From Clostridia bacterium (lineage in GTDB: Bacteria; Bacillota; Clostridia; UMGS1883), in NCBI GenBank assembly GCA_045545055.1, contig JAZQAB010000070.1, positions 131 through 64,130 of the forward strand: a stretch of 64,000 bases of DNA. The letters run 5' to 3'. The notes below the pieces were generated by a model. It made no database searches, was not told the DNA's origin, and saw nothing but the letters and a program-made list of their open reading frames with translations. Below are positions 47,262 to 57,378 of this stretch, piece by piece. The position numbers were made by a program, and so were the translations under genes. How positions within the stretch are numbered: the first letter of the stretch is position 1; each line of letters opens with the position of its first letter.

Positions 47262-48242
47262 ATGGAAAGAGATAAAAACAGGAAACTCAAGCTGCTGAAA
47301 CTACTGGAAATCCTGCAGAGAGAAACAGATGAACAGCATCCTATGAAAACAACTGACATCTGTCGTCGGATGGAAGATATGGACATCTCCTGTGACCGAA
47401 GAATACTTGCTTCGGAAATTCAGACCTTGCGTGAGCAGGGATATGAGATACAGCAATGTCAGGTTGGCAGAGCAAAAGGCTACTTTATTGCGGATCGTGC
47501 GTTTAAAGTGCCGGAACTTCGCATGCTACTGGATGCTGTAGAGGCCTCGCAGCTTCTCACAGAAAAAAAGACGCAGGAGCTGAAAGATAAAATTGTCAGT
47601 CTGAGCAGTGACAAACAGGCTGAAATATTGAAAAGTACTGTTGTGCGCTTCAATTCTGCAAAATCCACAAATGAACGGATCTACCATACTATCGGGACAT
47701 TGGAAGAAGCAATACGCAAAAAGAAAAAAGTCACGATTCGGTATTTTCATCTGAATGAGCAGCGTGAAAAGGTGTATCGTTCTGAAAACGGAATTCATAC
47801 AGTAGAACCGATTGCTCTTGTTTATAACAACGACAAGTACTATCTTACCTGCTACAATCCTGTTGCTGACAAGAATTACAATTACAGACTTGACCGTATT
47901 GAGTGGGTAGAAATTCTCAAAGAAAAGATAAGCAAAAACGCAGTTATCCGCAGTCGGTCAGTTGCAAAATACACCGCACAGGTTTTCAAAATGTATGGCG
48001 GTGAAACTGTAAATGTAACATTGGCATTCGATGCACACATGATTGATTACATATATGAAAAATTCGGTATGGAAACTAAGATTTTCCCTCTTGACAATGA
48101 GGAATTCACAACAAATGTCGATGTGCAGCTTAGTCCTACATTTTGGGGATGGTTGTTTCAATTCACTGGAAAGATGAGAATTACTGCACCAGAAAGTGCA
48201 TATGAAGAATACGAAGAAATGCTAAAAAGGGCATTAGAATAA
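47262..48242 (+). CDS. HTH-WYL domain transcriptional regulator (BrxR/CapW-like position upstream of a defence locus)
   Basis: ATG at 47262 after GGAGGTG. N-terminal wHTH (KLLEILQRETDEQHPMKTTDICRRM). Central WYL-like segment (VTIRYFHLNEQREKVYRSENGIHTVEPIALVYNNDKYYLTCY). Confidence 0.72.
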   Translation: MERDKNRKLKLLKLLEILQRETDEQHPMKTTDICRRMEDMDISCDRRILASEIQTLREQGYEIQQCQVGRAKGYFIADRAFKVPELRMLLDAVEASQLLTEKKTQELKDKIVSLSSDKQAEILKSTVVRFNSAKSTNERIYHTIGTLEEAIRKKKKVTIRYFHLNEQREKVYRSENGIHTVEPIALVYNNDKYYLTCYNPVADKNYNYRLDRIEWVEILKEKISKNAVIRSRSVAKYTAQVFKMYGGETVNVTLAFDAHMIDYIYEKFGMETKIFPLDNEEFTTNVDVQLSPTFWGWLFQFTGKMRITAPESAYEEYEEMLKRALE

Positions 48243-48293
48243 TCAATATATTTATTCGAATGAAAAAGTAGAAAAAATAAGATTTGTGGAGGT

Positions 48294-50639
48294 GTGAAAA
48301 ATATGACGATATTGACAAAAAAGCAAATGTCCGAGGAGGATATCAAGCTCCAATATATTACCCCTGCCATTCTTGCAAAATGGGACAAGAGCAGAATTAC
48401 AATGGAAACCAAGATTACAGACGGTAAGATCTGTTTGAACGGCAACTTTGTGCATCGTGATAAGAAAAGTGCAAAGTATGCGGATTATGTCCTTTACTAT
48501 AACAGCAGCTTCCCAATTGCGATTGTAGAAGCAAAGGACAATAAGCACAGCGTTTCTTTTGGTTTGCAGCAGGCAATTACATATGCACAGATGATGGACG
48601 TGCCGTTTGTTTACAGCTCCAATGGTGACGCATTTTATGAACATGATATGCTCACAGGTATGGAACGAGAAATAGCTCTTTCTGATTTCCCCTCGCCGGA
48701 TGAGCTAATGGAACGATACAAAGCTGAAGCAAACGGAGGAAACGGTCTGTCAGTTAACGAGTTGACAGCCATGAGTCAGCCTTATTACTCAAGCCAAAAT
48801 ACTTATGAACCGAGATACTATCAGAGAGTTGCTGTCAACAGAACAGTGGACGCGGTTGCACGTGGTGATAACAGATTACTGCTTGTCATGGCAACTGGTA
48901 CAGGTAAGACTTATACGGCTTTCCAGATTGTGTTCCGTCTGCTTAAAAGCGGTATGAAACGGAAGATTTTGTATCTTGCTGACAGAAATATTCTTGTGGA
49001 TCAGTCGATTTCACAGGACTTTGCACCGCTTGAGAAAGTTATTCACAAAATCAATGTGTCCAAGGATGATAAGACTACAATCACATCTCATCAGGTGTAT
49101 TTCTCTTTGTATCAGCAGCTTGTCGGAGATGATGACAAGGAACATTTCTCAGAGCTGTTCGACAAAGACTTCTTTGATCTGATTATTGTAGACGAGTGTC
49201 ATCGTGGCAGTGCAAAAGAAGATAGCCGTTGGCGCAGAATACTGGAATACTTTTCTTCTGCCACACAGATCGGCATGACTGCTACTCCAAAGGAAACGAC
49301 TTACACATCGAATATTACATATTTCGGAGAACCTGTCTACACCTATTCCCTCAAAAACGGAATTGAAGATGGATTCCTTGCCCCTTTCAAGGTAATTAGT
49401 ATTACTACAGACATTAGCGATGGCTGGCGACCGCTGAAAGGACAAAGAGATTATTATGGTAATGAGATTGAGGACAGAATATACAACAACACCGACTATG
49501 ACTACAATATCATTATTGCAGACCGCATCAACCAAGTAGCTCTTGAAATCACCAATTATCTGATCAACACTGACAGAATGCAGAAAACCATTGTGTTCTG
49601 TGCAACAGAGGATGCAGCAGAGCGAATGAGAGTTGCACTCGTTAAGCTGAATGCTGACATGGTTGCAAAAAATCCTGATTATATTGTTCGAATCACTGGT
49701 TCAGATACATATGGAAAAGAAAAACTTGATTACTTTATTTCAGTTTCTTCTCCATATCCCGTTATTGCAACGACCTCCAAGCTCCTCTCTACAGGAGCAG
49801 ACTGTAAGATGACTAAACTCATAGTTCTGGATGAGAATATCGGCTCAATGACGGAATTCAAGCAGATCATCGGCAGAGGTACAAGACTCCGTGAAAAGGA
49901 TGGAAAAACACATTTCGTGGTAATGGATTTCCGTAACATTTCAAGACTGTTCTATGATCCCGATTGGGACGGACCGGTTGAGGTTGATCCGAATTATCAT
50001 CCTCCCAAGCCAAAAGTTGGCCCGGATATTCCTGTAGATCCGCCCGAACCTCCGACAGATCCACAAGAAAAGCCCTATGTGGATGTGGATGGTTGTACAG
50101 TGCGAATCATCAACAAAGTTGTTTCTGTCTATGATGCGGACGGCAAGCTTCTGCGTCATGAAAATATCATAGATTACACCCGTACCAATATCTTGGGTGA
50201 ATATGCAGATCTGCAGCACTTCATCAGAAGCTGGAACAGTGAAGAGAAGAAAAAGACCATTCTGGAACTGTTCAAAGAGCATGGTATTGACCTGATGGCG
50301 TTGAAGGAATCGCAAGGAATGGAAGATGTGGATGTATTCGACTTTATCGTTCATGTTGCCTTCGACAAGAAACCGCTGACAAGAAAAGAACGTGCAAACG
50401 ATGTGAAAAAACGTGATTTCATCAGCAAATACAGCGGTATGGCACGAGAGGTTGTAGAAGCTCTGCTGGAAATGTACTGCAATGAGGGCATTGCACAGAT
50501 TGAAGATACACAGGTATTGAAACTTGATCCGTTCATCCGTATGGGTAAGCCCTCTGCCATTGTCAAGCTGTTTGGCGGTAAGGAAGGATATATGCAGGCC
50601 ATTCGTGAACTGGAAGAAGAAATTTACAAGGTGGTATAA
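48294..50639 (+). CDS. hsdR: Type I restriction enzyme R subunit
   Basis: N-terminal nuclease-type region (IAIVEAKD). Walker A MATGTGKT. DEAD-box IIVDECHRG. Helicase C motifs. Confidence 0.9.
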   Translation: MKNMTILTKKQMSEEDIKLQYITPAILAKWDKSRITMETKITDGKICLNGNFVHRDKKSAKYADYVLYYNSSFPIAIVEAKDNKHSVSFGLQQAITYAQMMDVPFVYSSNGDAFYEHDMLTGMEREIALSDFPSPDELMERYKAEANGGNGLSVNELTAMSQPYYSSQNTYEPRYYQRVAVNRTVDAVARGDNRLLLVMATGTGKTYTAFQIVFRLLKSGMKRKILYLADRNILVDQSISQDFAPLEKVIHKINVSKDDKTTITSHQVYFSLYQQLVGDDDKEHFSELFDKDFFDLIIVDECHRGSAKEDSRWRRILEYFSSATQIGMTATPKETTYTSNITYFGEPVYTYSLKNGIEDGFLAPFKVISITTDISDGWRPLKGQRDYYGNEIEDRIYNNTDYDYNIIIADRINQVALEITNYLINTDRMQKTIVFCATEDAAERMRVALVKLNADMVAKNPDYIVRITGSDTYGKEKLDYFISVSSPYPVIATTSKLLSTGADCKMTKLIVLDENIGSMTEFKQIIGRGTRLREKDGKTHFVVMDFRNISRLFYDPDWDGPVEVDPNYHPPKPKVGPDIPVDPPEPPTDPQEKPYVDVDGCTVRIINKVVSVYDADGKLLRHENIIDYTRTNILGEYADLQHFIRSWNSEEKKKTILELFKEHGIDLMALKESQGMEDVDVFDFIVHVAFDKKPLTRKERANDVKKRDFISKYSGMAREVVEALLEMYCNEGIAQIEDTQVLKLDPFIRMGKPSAIVKLFGGKEGYMQAIRELEEEIYKVV

Positions 50640-50642
50640 CAT

Positions 50643-52157
50643 ATGAGCAGTTTGGGTAATTTCGTAAAGAGATTACGGGATATTATGAGAAATGACGCTG
50701 GTATCAACGGTGATGCACAGCGTATTGAGCAGATTGCGTGGCTCTTGTTTTTGAAAATATACGATACAAAGGAAAATGATTGGGAAGTCGATGATGATAA
50801 CTATGAATCCATCATTCCAGAGGAATGTCGTTGGAGAAACTGGGCTGGTGTAGAAGATGAAAATAACAAAGGACATATTATAAATGAGAGTATGCTCATA
50901 ACGGGTGATGATTTACTTGAATTTGTTAATAACAAACTATTTCCTACATTGAAATCTATTGAAGTTACGAAATCTACACCAGTTCATAAAGCAATTGTTA
51001 AAACGACATTCGAAGATGCTAATAACTATATGAAAGACGGTGTTCTGTTACGGCAAGTTATCAATGTAATCGTACTATTAAGATTGGACAATTATGCCGA
51101 AAGCCACGCTTTCGGAGAAATCTACGAATCCATTCTGAAAGAACTGCAAAGTGCAGGTTCTGCAGGTGAATTCTATACGCCAAGAGCTGTGACGGATTTC
51201 ATGGCACAGATCATTAAGCCGAGAATTGGTGAGAAAATGGCGGACTTTGCCTGCGGTACAGGCGGATTTATTACAAGCTGGCTGAAAGCACTTGAACCGC
51301 AGAGAAAGACGGTCGAGGATATTGAAGCCTTTGATACTTCTGTTTATGGCATTGAGAAGAAGCAGTTCCCGTATATGCTGTGTGTGACAAATCTGCTTCT
51401 GCATAACATTGATACACCGAGAATCTACCATGATAATTCGCTCCTGTACGATGTACTGGACTATACGGAAGAAGATCAGTTTGATGTGGTGCTGATGAAT
51501 CCTCCCTACGGCGGCAGTGAAAAGGCGGAGGTCAAGAATCATTTCCCGACTGACCTTGCAAGCAGTGAAACTGCGGATCTGTTCATGTCCGTGATCATGT
51601 ATCGCTTGAAGCAGAACGGCAGAGCTGCAGTCATTCTCCCCGATGGTTTCTTGTTTGGCACAGATAATGCCAAAGTTGCGATCAAGAAGAAGCTGTTGGG
51701 TGAATTTAATCTGCACACGGTCATTCGTATGCCGCACAGCGTCTTTGCACCGTACACTTCCATTACAACAAATATCCTGTTCTTTGACAAGACAGGACCT
51801 ACCAAGGAAACATGGTTCTATCGTCTGGATATGCCTGATGGCTACAAGAACTTCTCAAAGACAAAGCCAATGAAGCTGGAACATTTTGCACCTGTCATGG
51901 AATGGTGGAATCAACGTGAGGAGATCACGGTGGACGGCTTCGACAAGGCAAAGAAATATACCGCTGCCGAGCTTGTAGAGCGTGGATATAATATTGACCT
52001 CTGTGATTTTCCGCATGAGGAGGAAGAAATTCTCCCGCCGAAGGAACTGATTCAGCAGTATCAGGAAAAGCGTGCAAGTCTGAATGCGGATATTGATCGG
52101 ATTCTGGCACAGATTACAGATATTCTTGGAATTTCGGATACGGAGGACTTGACATGA
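50643..52157 (+). CDS. hsdM: Type I R-M N6-adenine methyltransferase M subunit
   Basis: AdoMet motif DFACGTGGF. Catalytic NPPYGG. Confidence 0.92.
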   Translation: MSSLGNFVKRLRDIMRNDAGINGDAQRIEQIAWLLFLKIYDTKENDWEVDDDNYESIIPEECRWRNWAGVEDENNKGHIINESMLITGDDLLEFVNNKLFPTLKSIEVTKSTPVHKAIVKTTFEDANNYMKDGVLLRQVINVIVLLRLDNYAESHAFGEIYESILKELQSAGSAGEFYTPRAVTDFMAQIIKPRIGEKMADFACGTGGFITSWLKALEPQRKTVEDIEAFDTSVYGIEKKQFPYMLCVTNLLLHNIDTPRIYHDNSLLYDVLDYTEEDQFDVVLMNPPYGGSEKAEVKNHFPTDLASSETADLFMSVIMYRLKQNGRAAVILPDGFLFGTDNAKVAIKKKLLGEFNLHTVIRMPHSVFAPYTSITTNILFFDKTGPTKETWFYRLDMPDGYKNFSKTKPMKLEHFAPVMEWWNQREEITVDGFDKAKKYTAAELVERGYNIDLCDFPHEEEEILPPKELIQQYQEKRASLNADIDRILAQITDILGISDTEDLT

Positions 52158-53758
52158 CCGCACAGCAGTTAAAAAACTCTATCCTCCAGATGGCGGTACA
52201 GGGAAAACTCGTTCCGCAGGATCCAAATGACGAACCTGCCTCCGTCCTGCTTGAACGCATCAAGGCAGAAAAGCAGGAGCTGATTAAGGCTGGCAAGATC
52301 AAAAAGGACAAGAAAACTTCTGAAATTTTCCGTGGGGCTTCCCGTAATCTCCCTTATGCCTTTTGTGAGCAGGTAGGCAAGGAAATACGTGATATTTCGG
52401 ATGAAGTGCCGTTTGAGATTCCTGATTCGTGGGAGTGGGTAAGGTTAGGGAGCATTGTTTATAATCGAGGACAAATGAAACCTACTTCTGATTTCTGCTA
52501 TGTTGATATTGGCTCTATTGATAACAAAAATCAAAAATTAGGAAATATAGATAATATCATAACTCCTGATAAAGCCCCCTCACGAGCAAGGAAAATCATC
52601 GACATTGGTGACATTATTTATTCGACAGTTAGACCCTATCTTCATAATATGTGTATTATAGATAGGCAGTTTTCATTACAGCCAATTGCAAGTACTGGAT
52701 TTGCTGCAATGACTTGTTATGAGGGAATTTTCAATAAGTTCTTGTTTTATTATCTACTTGCCCCAGACTTCGATAATTACGCTAATGATACTGAAAATTC
52801 AAAAGGAGTTGCCTATCCTGCTATCAATGACGATAGGCTATATAAGGCACTTATCCCTATCCCACCTCTCCCCGAACAACACCGTATCGTCGCCAAAATA
52901 GAAGAACTTATTCCTTACATCGAAAAATACGCTCAAGTCGAAACGCAGCTCACCGCCCTCAACACTTCATTCCCAGAAGCCTTGAAAAAATCCATTCTGC
53001 AGGAAGCGGTACAGGGCAGACTTGTTCCGCAGGATCCCAATGATGAACCTGCATCCGTTCTGCTTGAACGTATCCGAGCCGAGAAACAGGCACTTGTCAA
53101 GGCAGGTAAGATCAAAAAAGACAAGCACGAATCGTTCATCGTGACTAGGGATAAAATTCCTTATGAGATCATCGACGGAAAAGAATGCTGTATAGCCGAT
53201 GAAGTGCCGTTTGAGATTCCGAAGGGGTGGTGTTGGTGTAGACTTGGTTCTATATCGTGGTATTTTGATGCAGGTAAAAGTCCAAATTGTATCAAACAGT
53301 CTGTAACTGGCGATGAATATGGTGTAATCACTACTACATCAATACAAATCGGCTACTTTCACGAAAAGCAAAACAAAGTATTACCGCCGAACTTTGAAGT
53401 CAACGAAGATATGAAAGTGAATAAAGGTGATATTCTTATCACCCGTGCCGGACCTATGAACAGGACAGGTGTTGCTTGCGTAGTAAAAAATATTCATTAC
53501 AACCTTATTCTTTCTGATAAGACAATAAGGATCAATATGTCGGACGAGTTATTTGATAAAGACTATATCGTTACCGTTCTCAACTCTCCAAATATCAGAG
53601 AGCAAATCATTGGATTGATGTCCGGTATGGATAAACAGCAAGTGAATATCTCGCAAGATAAGTATAAAACAGTATTTATCCCTCTTCCACCTCTTGCCGA
53701 GCAGAAGCGAATAGTCGAAAAGATAGAAGAACTTATGCAGTATTGTGACAAGCTATAA
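52154..53758 (+). CDS. hsdS: Type I R-M specificity subunit (expressed copy)
   Basis: ATGA overlap with hsdM. Two variable TRDs separated by conserved coiled-coil regions (AVQG(K/R)LVPQDPNDEPASVLLERI(K/R)AEKQ). Confidence 0.9.
   Translation: MTAQQLKNSILQMAVQGKLVPQDPNDEPASVLLERIKAEKQELIKAGKIKKDKKTSEIFRGASRNLPYAFCEQVGKEIRDISDEVPFEIPDSWEWVRLGSIVYNRGQMKPTSDFCYVDIGSIDNKNQKLGNIDNIITPDKAPSRARKIIDIGDIIYSTVRPYLHNMCIIDRQFSLQPIASTGFAAMTCYEGIFNKFLFYYLLAPDFDNYANDTENSKGVAYPAINDDRLYKALIPIPPLPEQHRIVAKIEELIPYIEKYAQVETQLTALNTSFPEALKKSILQEAVQGRLVPQDPNDEPASVLLERIRAEKQALVKAGKIKKDKHESFIVTRDKIPYEIIDGKECCIADEVPFEIPKGWCWCRLGSISWYFDAGKSPNCIKQSVTGDEYGVITTTSIQIGYFHEKQNKVLPPNFEVNEDMKVNKGDILITRAGPMNRTGVACVVKNIHYNLILSDKTIRINMSDELFDKDYIVTVLNSPNIREQIIGLMSGMDKQQVNISQDKYKTVFIPLPPLAEQKRIVEKIEELMQYCDKL
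52337..52440. repeat. hsdS inverted repeat 1, left copy (partner 55932-56035)
   Basis: 104 nt, with one mismatch to the reverse complement of the partner by direct comparison. Confidence 0.9.
52928..53247. repeat. hsdS inverted repeat 2, left copy (partner 55119-55438)
   Basis: About 320 nt. An imperfect reverse-complement match that encodes the central conserved region of both hsdS genes. Confidence 0.85.
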
Positions 53759-53798
53759 AAATCGGGCATACTCTCAAATCGAGGGTATGCCCTTTTCT

Positions 53799-54602
53799 TT
53801 ACCAGTCAATCACTGTATCCACGATTTCACGCTGTTCCGTAGCTGTCTTACGCAAATAGATGCGTGTGGTTTCAATGCTTTCATGCCCCATCAGATCGGC
53901 AAGAAACGCAATGTCATTGCAGCGTTCCAGAAAGCTCTTTGCAAAGCGATGGCGGAATGAATGTGGATAAACCACTTTCGGATCAATGCCATACTTGATT
54001 GCATACTTCTTCAGCTCTCCGGAAATTCCCCTTGTCGTGATACGCTGTCCACGCTGATTCAAGAAGATAAAACCGCTGTCCTGCTTCTTTTCAGCAAGCC
54101 ACGCAAGGGCTTCTGCCTGCAAAGACTTCGGAATGTAGATGCGGCGGAGCTTACCGCCCTTAGAGTACAAGTCAAGATAACCGAGCCTGACATGTTCCAC
54201 CTTGATCTGAATCAGCTCACTTACTCTTGCACCTGTAGCAGCAAGAAAGCGGATCACAAAGTACCAGAACAGTTCGTCATCTTCTTTCAGACGCTGCTTG
54301 AAGTACAAGTAATCCGCTTCACTGATCACATTTTCGAGGAATGGTTTCTGCTGCACCTTGACAAATGAGAGCTTCCACTTCTCCTTGCCTACACTTTCCA
54401 GATAGCAGTTCATACCACGCAGGCGAAGATTCACAGTCTGCGGTCTGAAATTGTCCACCAGCCACACCTTGTACTGATTCAGATTCTTCTTTGTGACTGT
54501 GCGGTACCGTTCTGTGAACTGCCTGAAAGCAAACAGGTACGCAGATTTTGAGTTTTCGGACAGATTTGTCTTGTCCAGATAAGTCTTAAATTCGTCAATC
54601 AT
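53799..54602 (-). CDS. tyrosine site-specific recombinase (hsdS shuffling invertase candidate)
   Basis: ATGARVSEL (Arg), HSFRHRFA (His-x-x-Arg) and GHESIETTRIYL (catalytic Tyr). It sits between the two inverted hsdS genes. Confidence 0.88.
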   Translation of the reverse strand: MIDEFKTYLDKTNLSENSKSAYLFAFRQFTERYRTVTKKNLNQYKVWLVDNFRPQTVNLRLRGMNCYLESVGKEKWKLSFVKVQQKPFLENVISEADYLYFKQRLKEDDELFWYFVIRFLAATGARVSELIQIKVEHVRLGYLDLYSKGGKLRRIYIPKSLQAEALAWLAEKKQDSGFIFLNQRGQRITTRGISGELKKYAIKYGIDPKVVYPHSFRHRFAKSFLERCNDIAFLADLMGHESIETTRIYLRKTATEQREIVDTVIDW

Positions 54603-54637
54603 ATCGAAAGACCTCCTTTCGATATGATTGTAACATA

Positions 54638-55966
54638 TTACTTTGAAATCTGGTTGATGATGGGGAGGAGTTCTTCGATTTTGGCGGCGATGCGTTTTTG
54701 CTCAGAAAGTGGCGGAAGTGGCATGAATAACTGATCAATGGCATTTGATGATAGACCTTGTATACCAATTCCCTTACCGCCTATCAATCCTGCTCTTTTA
54801 TACAGATAAAACACATAATAGTAGAAGTAAACCTCGACTGGAGCATAAGAGCGTAATCGATGTATATGATTCTGAATACGCATAGGACAATCATAATTCC
54901 AGATTGCTGCTCTGCCTATATCTCCGCCCTCACAGACAAGCAAATCACCTTTAGTGACGGTGCATTTTTCAACTTCACTGTCCGTGAATAGCATTTCTTT
55001 GAGCTTATCCAATTCAAATCTATCCCAATACAGATTTGAGGTTGTAATATACTGCATTTTCGTTCCTTGATGATTTGAGGAATTAAGAGCCTTGCCCGTA
55101 TTATGCTGAAATATCGTTCCAAGCCTACACCAACACCACCCCTCCGGAATCTCAAACGGCACTTCATCGGCAATACAGCGTTCTTTTCCGTCTATGATCT
55201 CATAAGGAATTTTATCCCTAGTCACGATGACAGATTCATGCTTGTCCTTCTTGATCTTGCCAGCTTTGACAAGTGCCTGTTTCTCGGCTCGGATGCGTTC
55301 AAGCAGAACGGATGCAGGTTCATCGTTGGGATCTTGTGGAACAAGTCTGCCTTGTACAGCTTCCTGCAGGATGGATTTTTTCAAGGCTTCGGGGAAGGAT
55401 GTGTTAAGGGCGGTGAGTTGTGTTTCGGCTTGGAAGTATGATTTTACACATGGCTCTAACTCTGTGATTTTCTTTACAATACGCACCTGTTCGAAAATTG
55501 GTGGCAAAGGTATTAGCAAGTTACTTAGACTATCAGAATTGAGAGTAGCACCCTTGATAGCTGTTTTAGTATCTCCGTTTTGAGCAATTAAAGGCAAAAT
55601 CTTAAATAGATACGATGTAATAGCTTTATTATCATCAGCAAATGGAAAAATTGATATTATCGCTTCGTTATGATATGCTTCGATACCTAATATTGAGACT
55701 TTGCCAACGGTTAACTTGAAGCTCATAATAAGTGTTCCAATAGGGCTTATACCGTTTTTGAAAGTATTATCGGCTGCGTATTGATTTACTTTTTCTTTTG
55801 TAGACAGTATCATACCGTCAGAGTGCATATCTGCAATAGAAACCCACGGATAAATCGCATTTTCCCAATATTCAAGTTCTTTTCGTGGTGGAGTTTTGCC
55901 CATAGAAAAATTTACAAGATTAGAAAAACGCACCCACTCCCACGAATCAGGAATTTCAAACGGCAC
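54638..55966 (-). CDS. hsdS: silent/alternative hsdS copy lacking the 5' conserved leader
   Basis: It begins inside inverted repeat 1 (MPFEIPDSWEWV). It carries two TRDs different from those of the expressed copy and shares the central conserved region. Confidence 0.85.
   Translation of the reverse strand: MPFEIPDSWEWVRFSNLVNFSMGKTPPRKELEYWENAIYPWVSIADMHSDGMILSTKEKVNQYAADNTFKNGISPIGTLIMSFKLTVGKVSILGIEAYHNEAIISIFPFADDNKAITSYLFKILPLIAQNGDTKTAIKGATLNSDSLSNLLIPLPPIFEQVRIVKKITELEPCVKSYFQAETQLTALNTSFPEALKKSILQEAVQGRLVPQDPNDEPASVLLERIRAEKQALVKAGKIKKDKHESVIVTRDKIPYEIIDGKERCIADEVPFEIPEGWCWCRLGTIFQHNTGKALNSSNHQGTKMQYITTSNLYWDRFELDKLKEMLFTDSEVEKCTVTKGDLLVCEGGDIGRAAIWNYDCPMRIQNHIHRLRSYAPVEVYFYYYVFYLYKRAGLIGGKGIGIQGLSSNAIDQLFMPLPPLSEQKRIAAKIEELLPIINQISK
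55119..55438. repeat. hsdS inverted repeat 2, right copy
   Basis: See 52928-53247. Confidence 0.85.
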
Positions 55967-56035
55967 TTCATCCGAAATATCACGTATTTCCTTGCCTACC
56001 TGCTCACAAAAGGCATAAGGGAGATTACGGGAAGC
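55932..56035. repeat. hsdS inverted repeat 1, right copy
   Basis: See 52337-52440. It extends 69 nt beyond the annotated ORF start. Confidence 0.9.
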
Positions 56036-56053
56036 TGAAATTGGTTCATAATG

Positions 56054-56082
56054 ATTGAAATGTATTGGATTTTATGCTATAA
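56054..56082 (+). promoter_or_regulatory. consensus-like promoter
   Basis: TTGAAA 56054-56059, N17, TATAAT 56077-56082. Confidence 0.5.
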
Positions 56083-56121
56083 TTAATCATAAGGTAAACA
56101 CGTCCAAAGGAGAGGTGCAAT

Positions 56122-56346
56122 ATGGAACAAAAAATGCTCGACAGAGCTACATACAAGAAAATCAAAGGCATGACTCGTGAGGAAATGCAGAATTTCCTCA
56201 CGAATTATTACAACAACGTCATGGATGACGCACCAGCACTTGATCTTAATGAGCTGAGAAAAGAAATCGGCAGTATTAAAGGTGTCGGCGAAAAGCGGCT
56301 GGATGAGATTATGGCGGTAATTGAGAGGCATTTAGAGATAGATTAA
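56122..56346 (+). CDS. small hypothetical protein with a helix-hairpin-helix-like C-terminus
   Basis: GGAGAGG RBS. IKGVGEKRLDEIM resembles an HhH motif. Confidence 0.5.
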   Translation: MEQKMLDRATYKKIKGMTREEMQNFLTNYYNNVMDDAPALDLNELRKEIGSIKGVGEKRLDEIMAVIERHLEID

Positions 56347-56408
56347 ATCGACTAAGATAGCGATCAAGTTATCGACCAAGATAAATTTATCAAAAAAGAG
56401 GGTATTGT

Positions 56409-57218
56409 ATGAAACGTTCCGAAATACGAGAATTATTCGATCAGGCGAAGAACGCTTACAATAGCATATTAGGAACGGATTTTGATGATAAAAATCTCCT
56501 GCTTGAATTTTGCACTGATAAAACTGCTCCAAGGGTTTTTGAAGCGCTCTGTACAGAGCATTTCCCACATTATCTGAAATCCAATCCATATACAGATGCA
56601 GACTTTTTCAAGAACACAAAAGGAATGGCATTTGTTGAAGGCAATATGAATGGTATCATGTACATAACAGATGTCTATGTACCCAAAATCAACAGCGAGT
56701 GGCAAGGAGATGCTTTGTCTGTATTACTACATGAAATAGGTCATATTGTCTGTTTGAGAGCCAAGTTTTCGGATACAAAAACAATTCCAAATATGGAGGG
56801 AAAGTATATTCCAGCTATTTTTCATAATGGAAAAGGTGCATTTGGTTATCGTGTATGGAGAGAACTGATTACAGATATGCTTGGAAATCATATTCATACC
56901 AAAATGACAGGGCGATACCGTGAACAGCTAAACAGAGAACGTCTTGCTGAACTTTTTTATGAAGCGAAATATCGCAAATTCACTACAGAAGCTCTTGCAC
57001 GAGTTGTTTCAGAAATGCTTACGATTAAAGCTGTTGTGAATAGCAACTCATGGGATGAAGCATATAAAGCACTTCAAAATCAGACATATGGACTTGGTTT
57101 TGCAGACAAACTTTTCCCATTCTGCCAAATTGCCTATGATCAGATGAAAGAGAATGGTATCTTTCTCAATAAAGAATTTCTTTGTAAATTCGAAGATGAG
57201 TGTTTGACACTTATGTGA
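56409..57218 (+). CDS. putative zinc metalloprotease (HEIGH motif), family unassigned
   Basis: LLHEIGHIV is an HExxH motif in a 269-aa soluble protein immediately upstream of a LexA-like repressor gene. Confidence 0.5.
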   Translation: MKRSEIRELFDQAKNAYNSILGTDFDDKNLLLEFCTDKTAPRVFEALCTEHFPHYLKSNPYTDADFFKNTKGMAFVEGNMNGIMYITDVYVPKINSEWQGDALSVLLHEIGHIVCLRAKFSDTKTIPNMEGKYIPAIFHNGKGAFGYRVWRELITDMLGNHIHTKMTGRYREQLNRERLAELFYEAKYRKFTTEALARVVSEMLTIKAVVNSNSWDEAYKALQNQTYGLGFADKLFPFCQIAYDQMKENGIFLNKEFLCKFEDECLTLM

Positions 57219-57307
57219 TAATGCATAAAACTATATTCTGCATTTTGTGCAAGTATACAAAATCGTCGTAACCTGTCGGTGTACTCCGACAACAACGAAA
57301 ACCCCTA

Positions 57308-57360
57308 TTGACATTAAAGTTGATAGGGGTTATAATTGTATATAGAACATAGTTCCATTT
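57308..57360 (+). promoter_or_regulatory. lexA-like gene promoter with an operator-like inverted repeat
   Basis: TTGACA-N17-TATAAT embedded in CCCCTAT...ATAGGGG, followed by AGAACATAGTTCC (GAAC-N3-GTTC). Confidence 0.45.
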
Positions 57361-57378
57361 ACAGAAAGGAGCATACAT

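Noticed and set aside
57340-57360. A canonical LexA (Cheo) box at the lexA-like promoter.
   Set aside because: The repeat is GAAC-N3-GTTC, not GAAC-N4-GTTC. It is kept only as an operator-like repeat, not as a confirmed SOS box.
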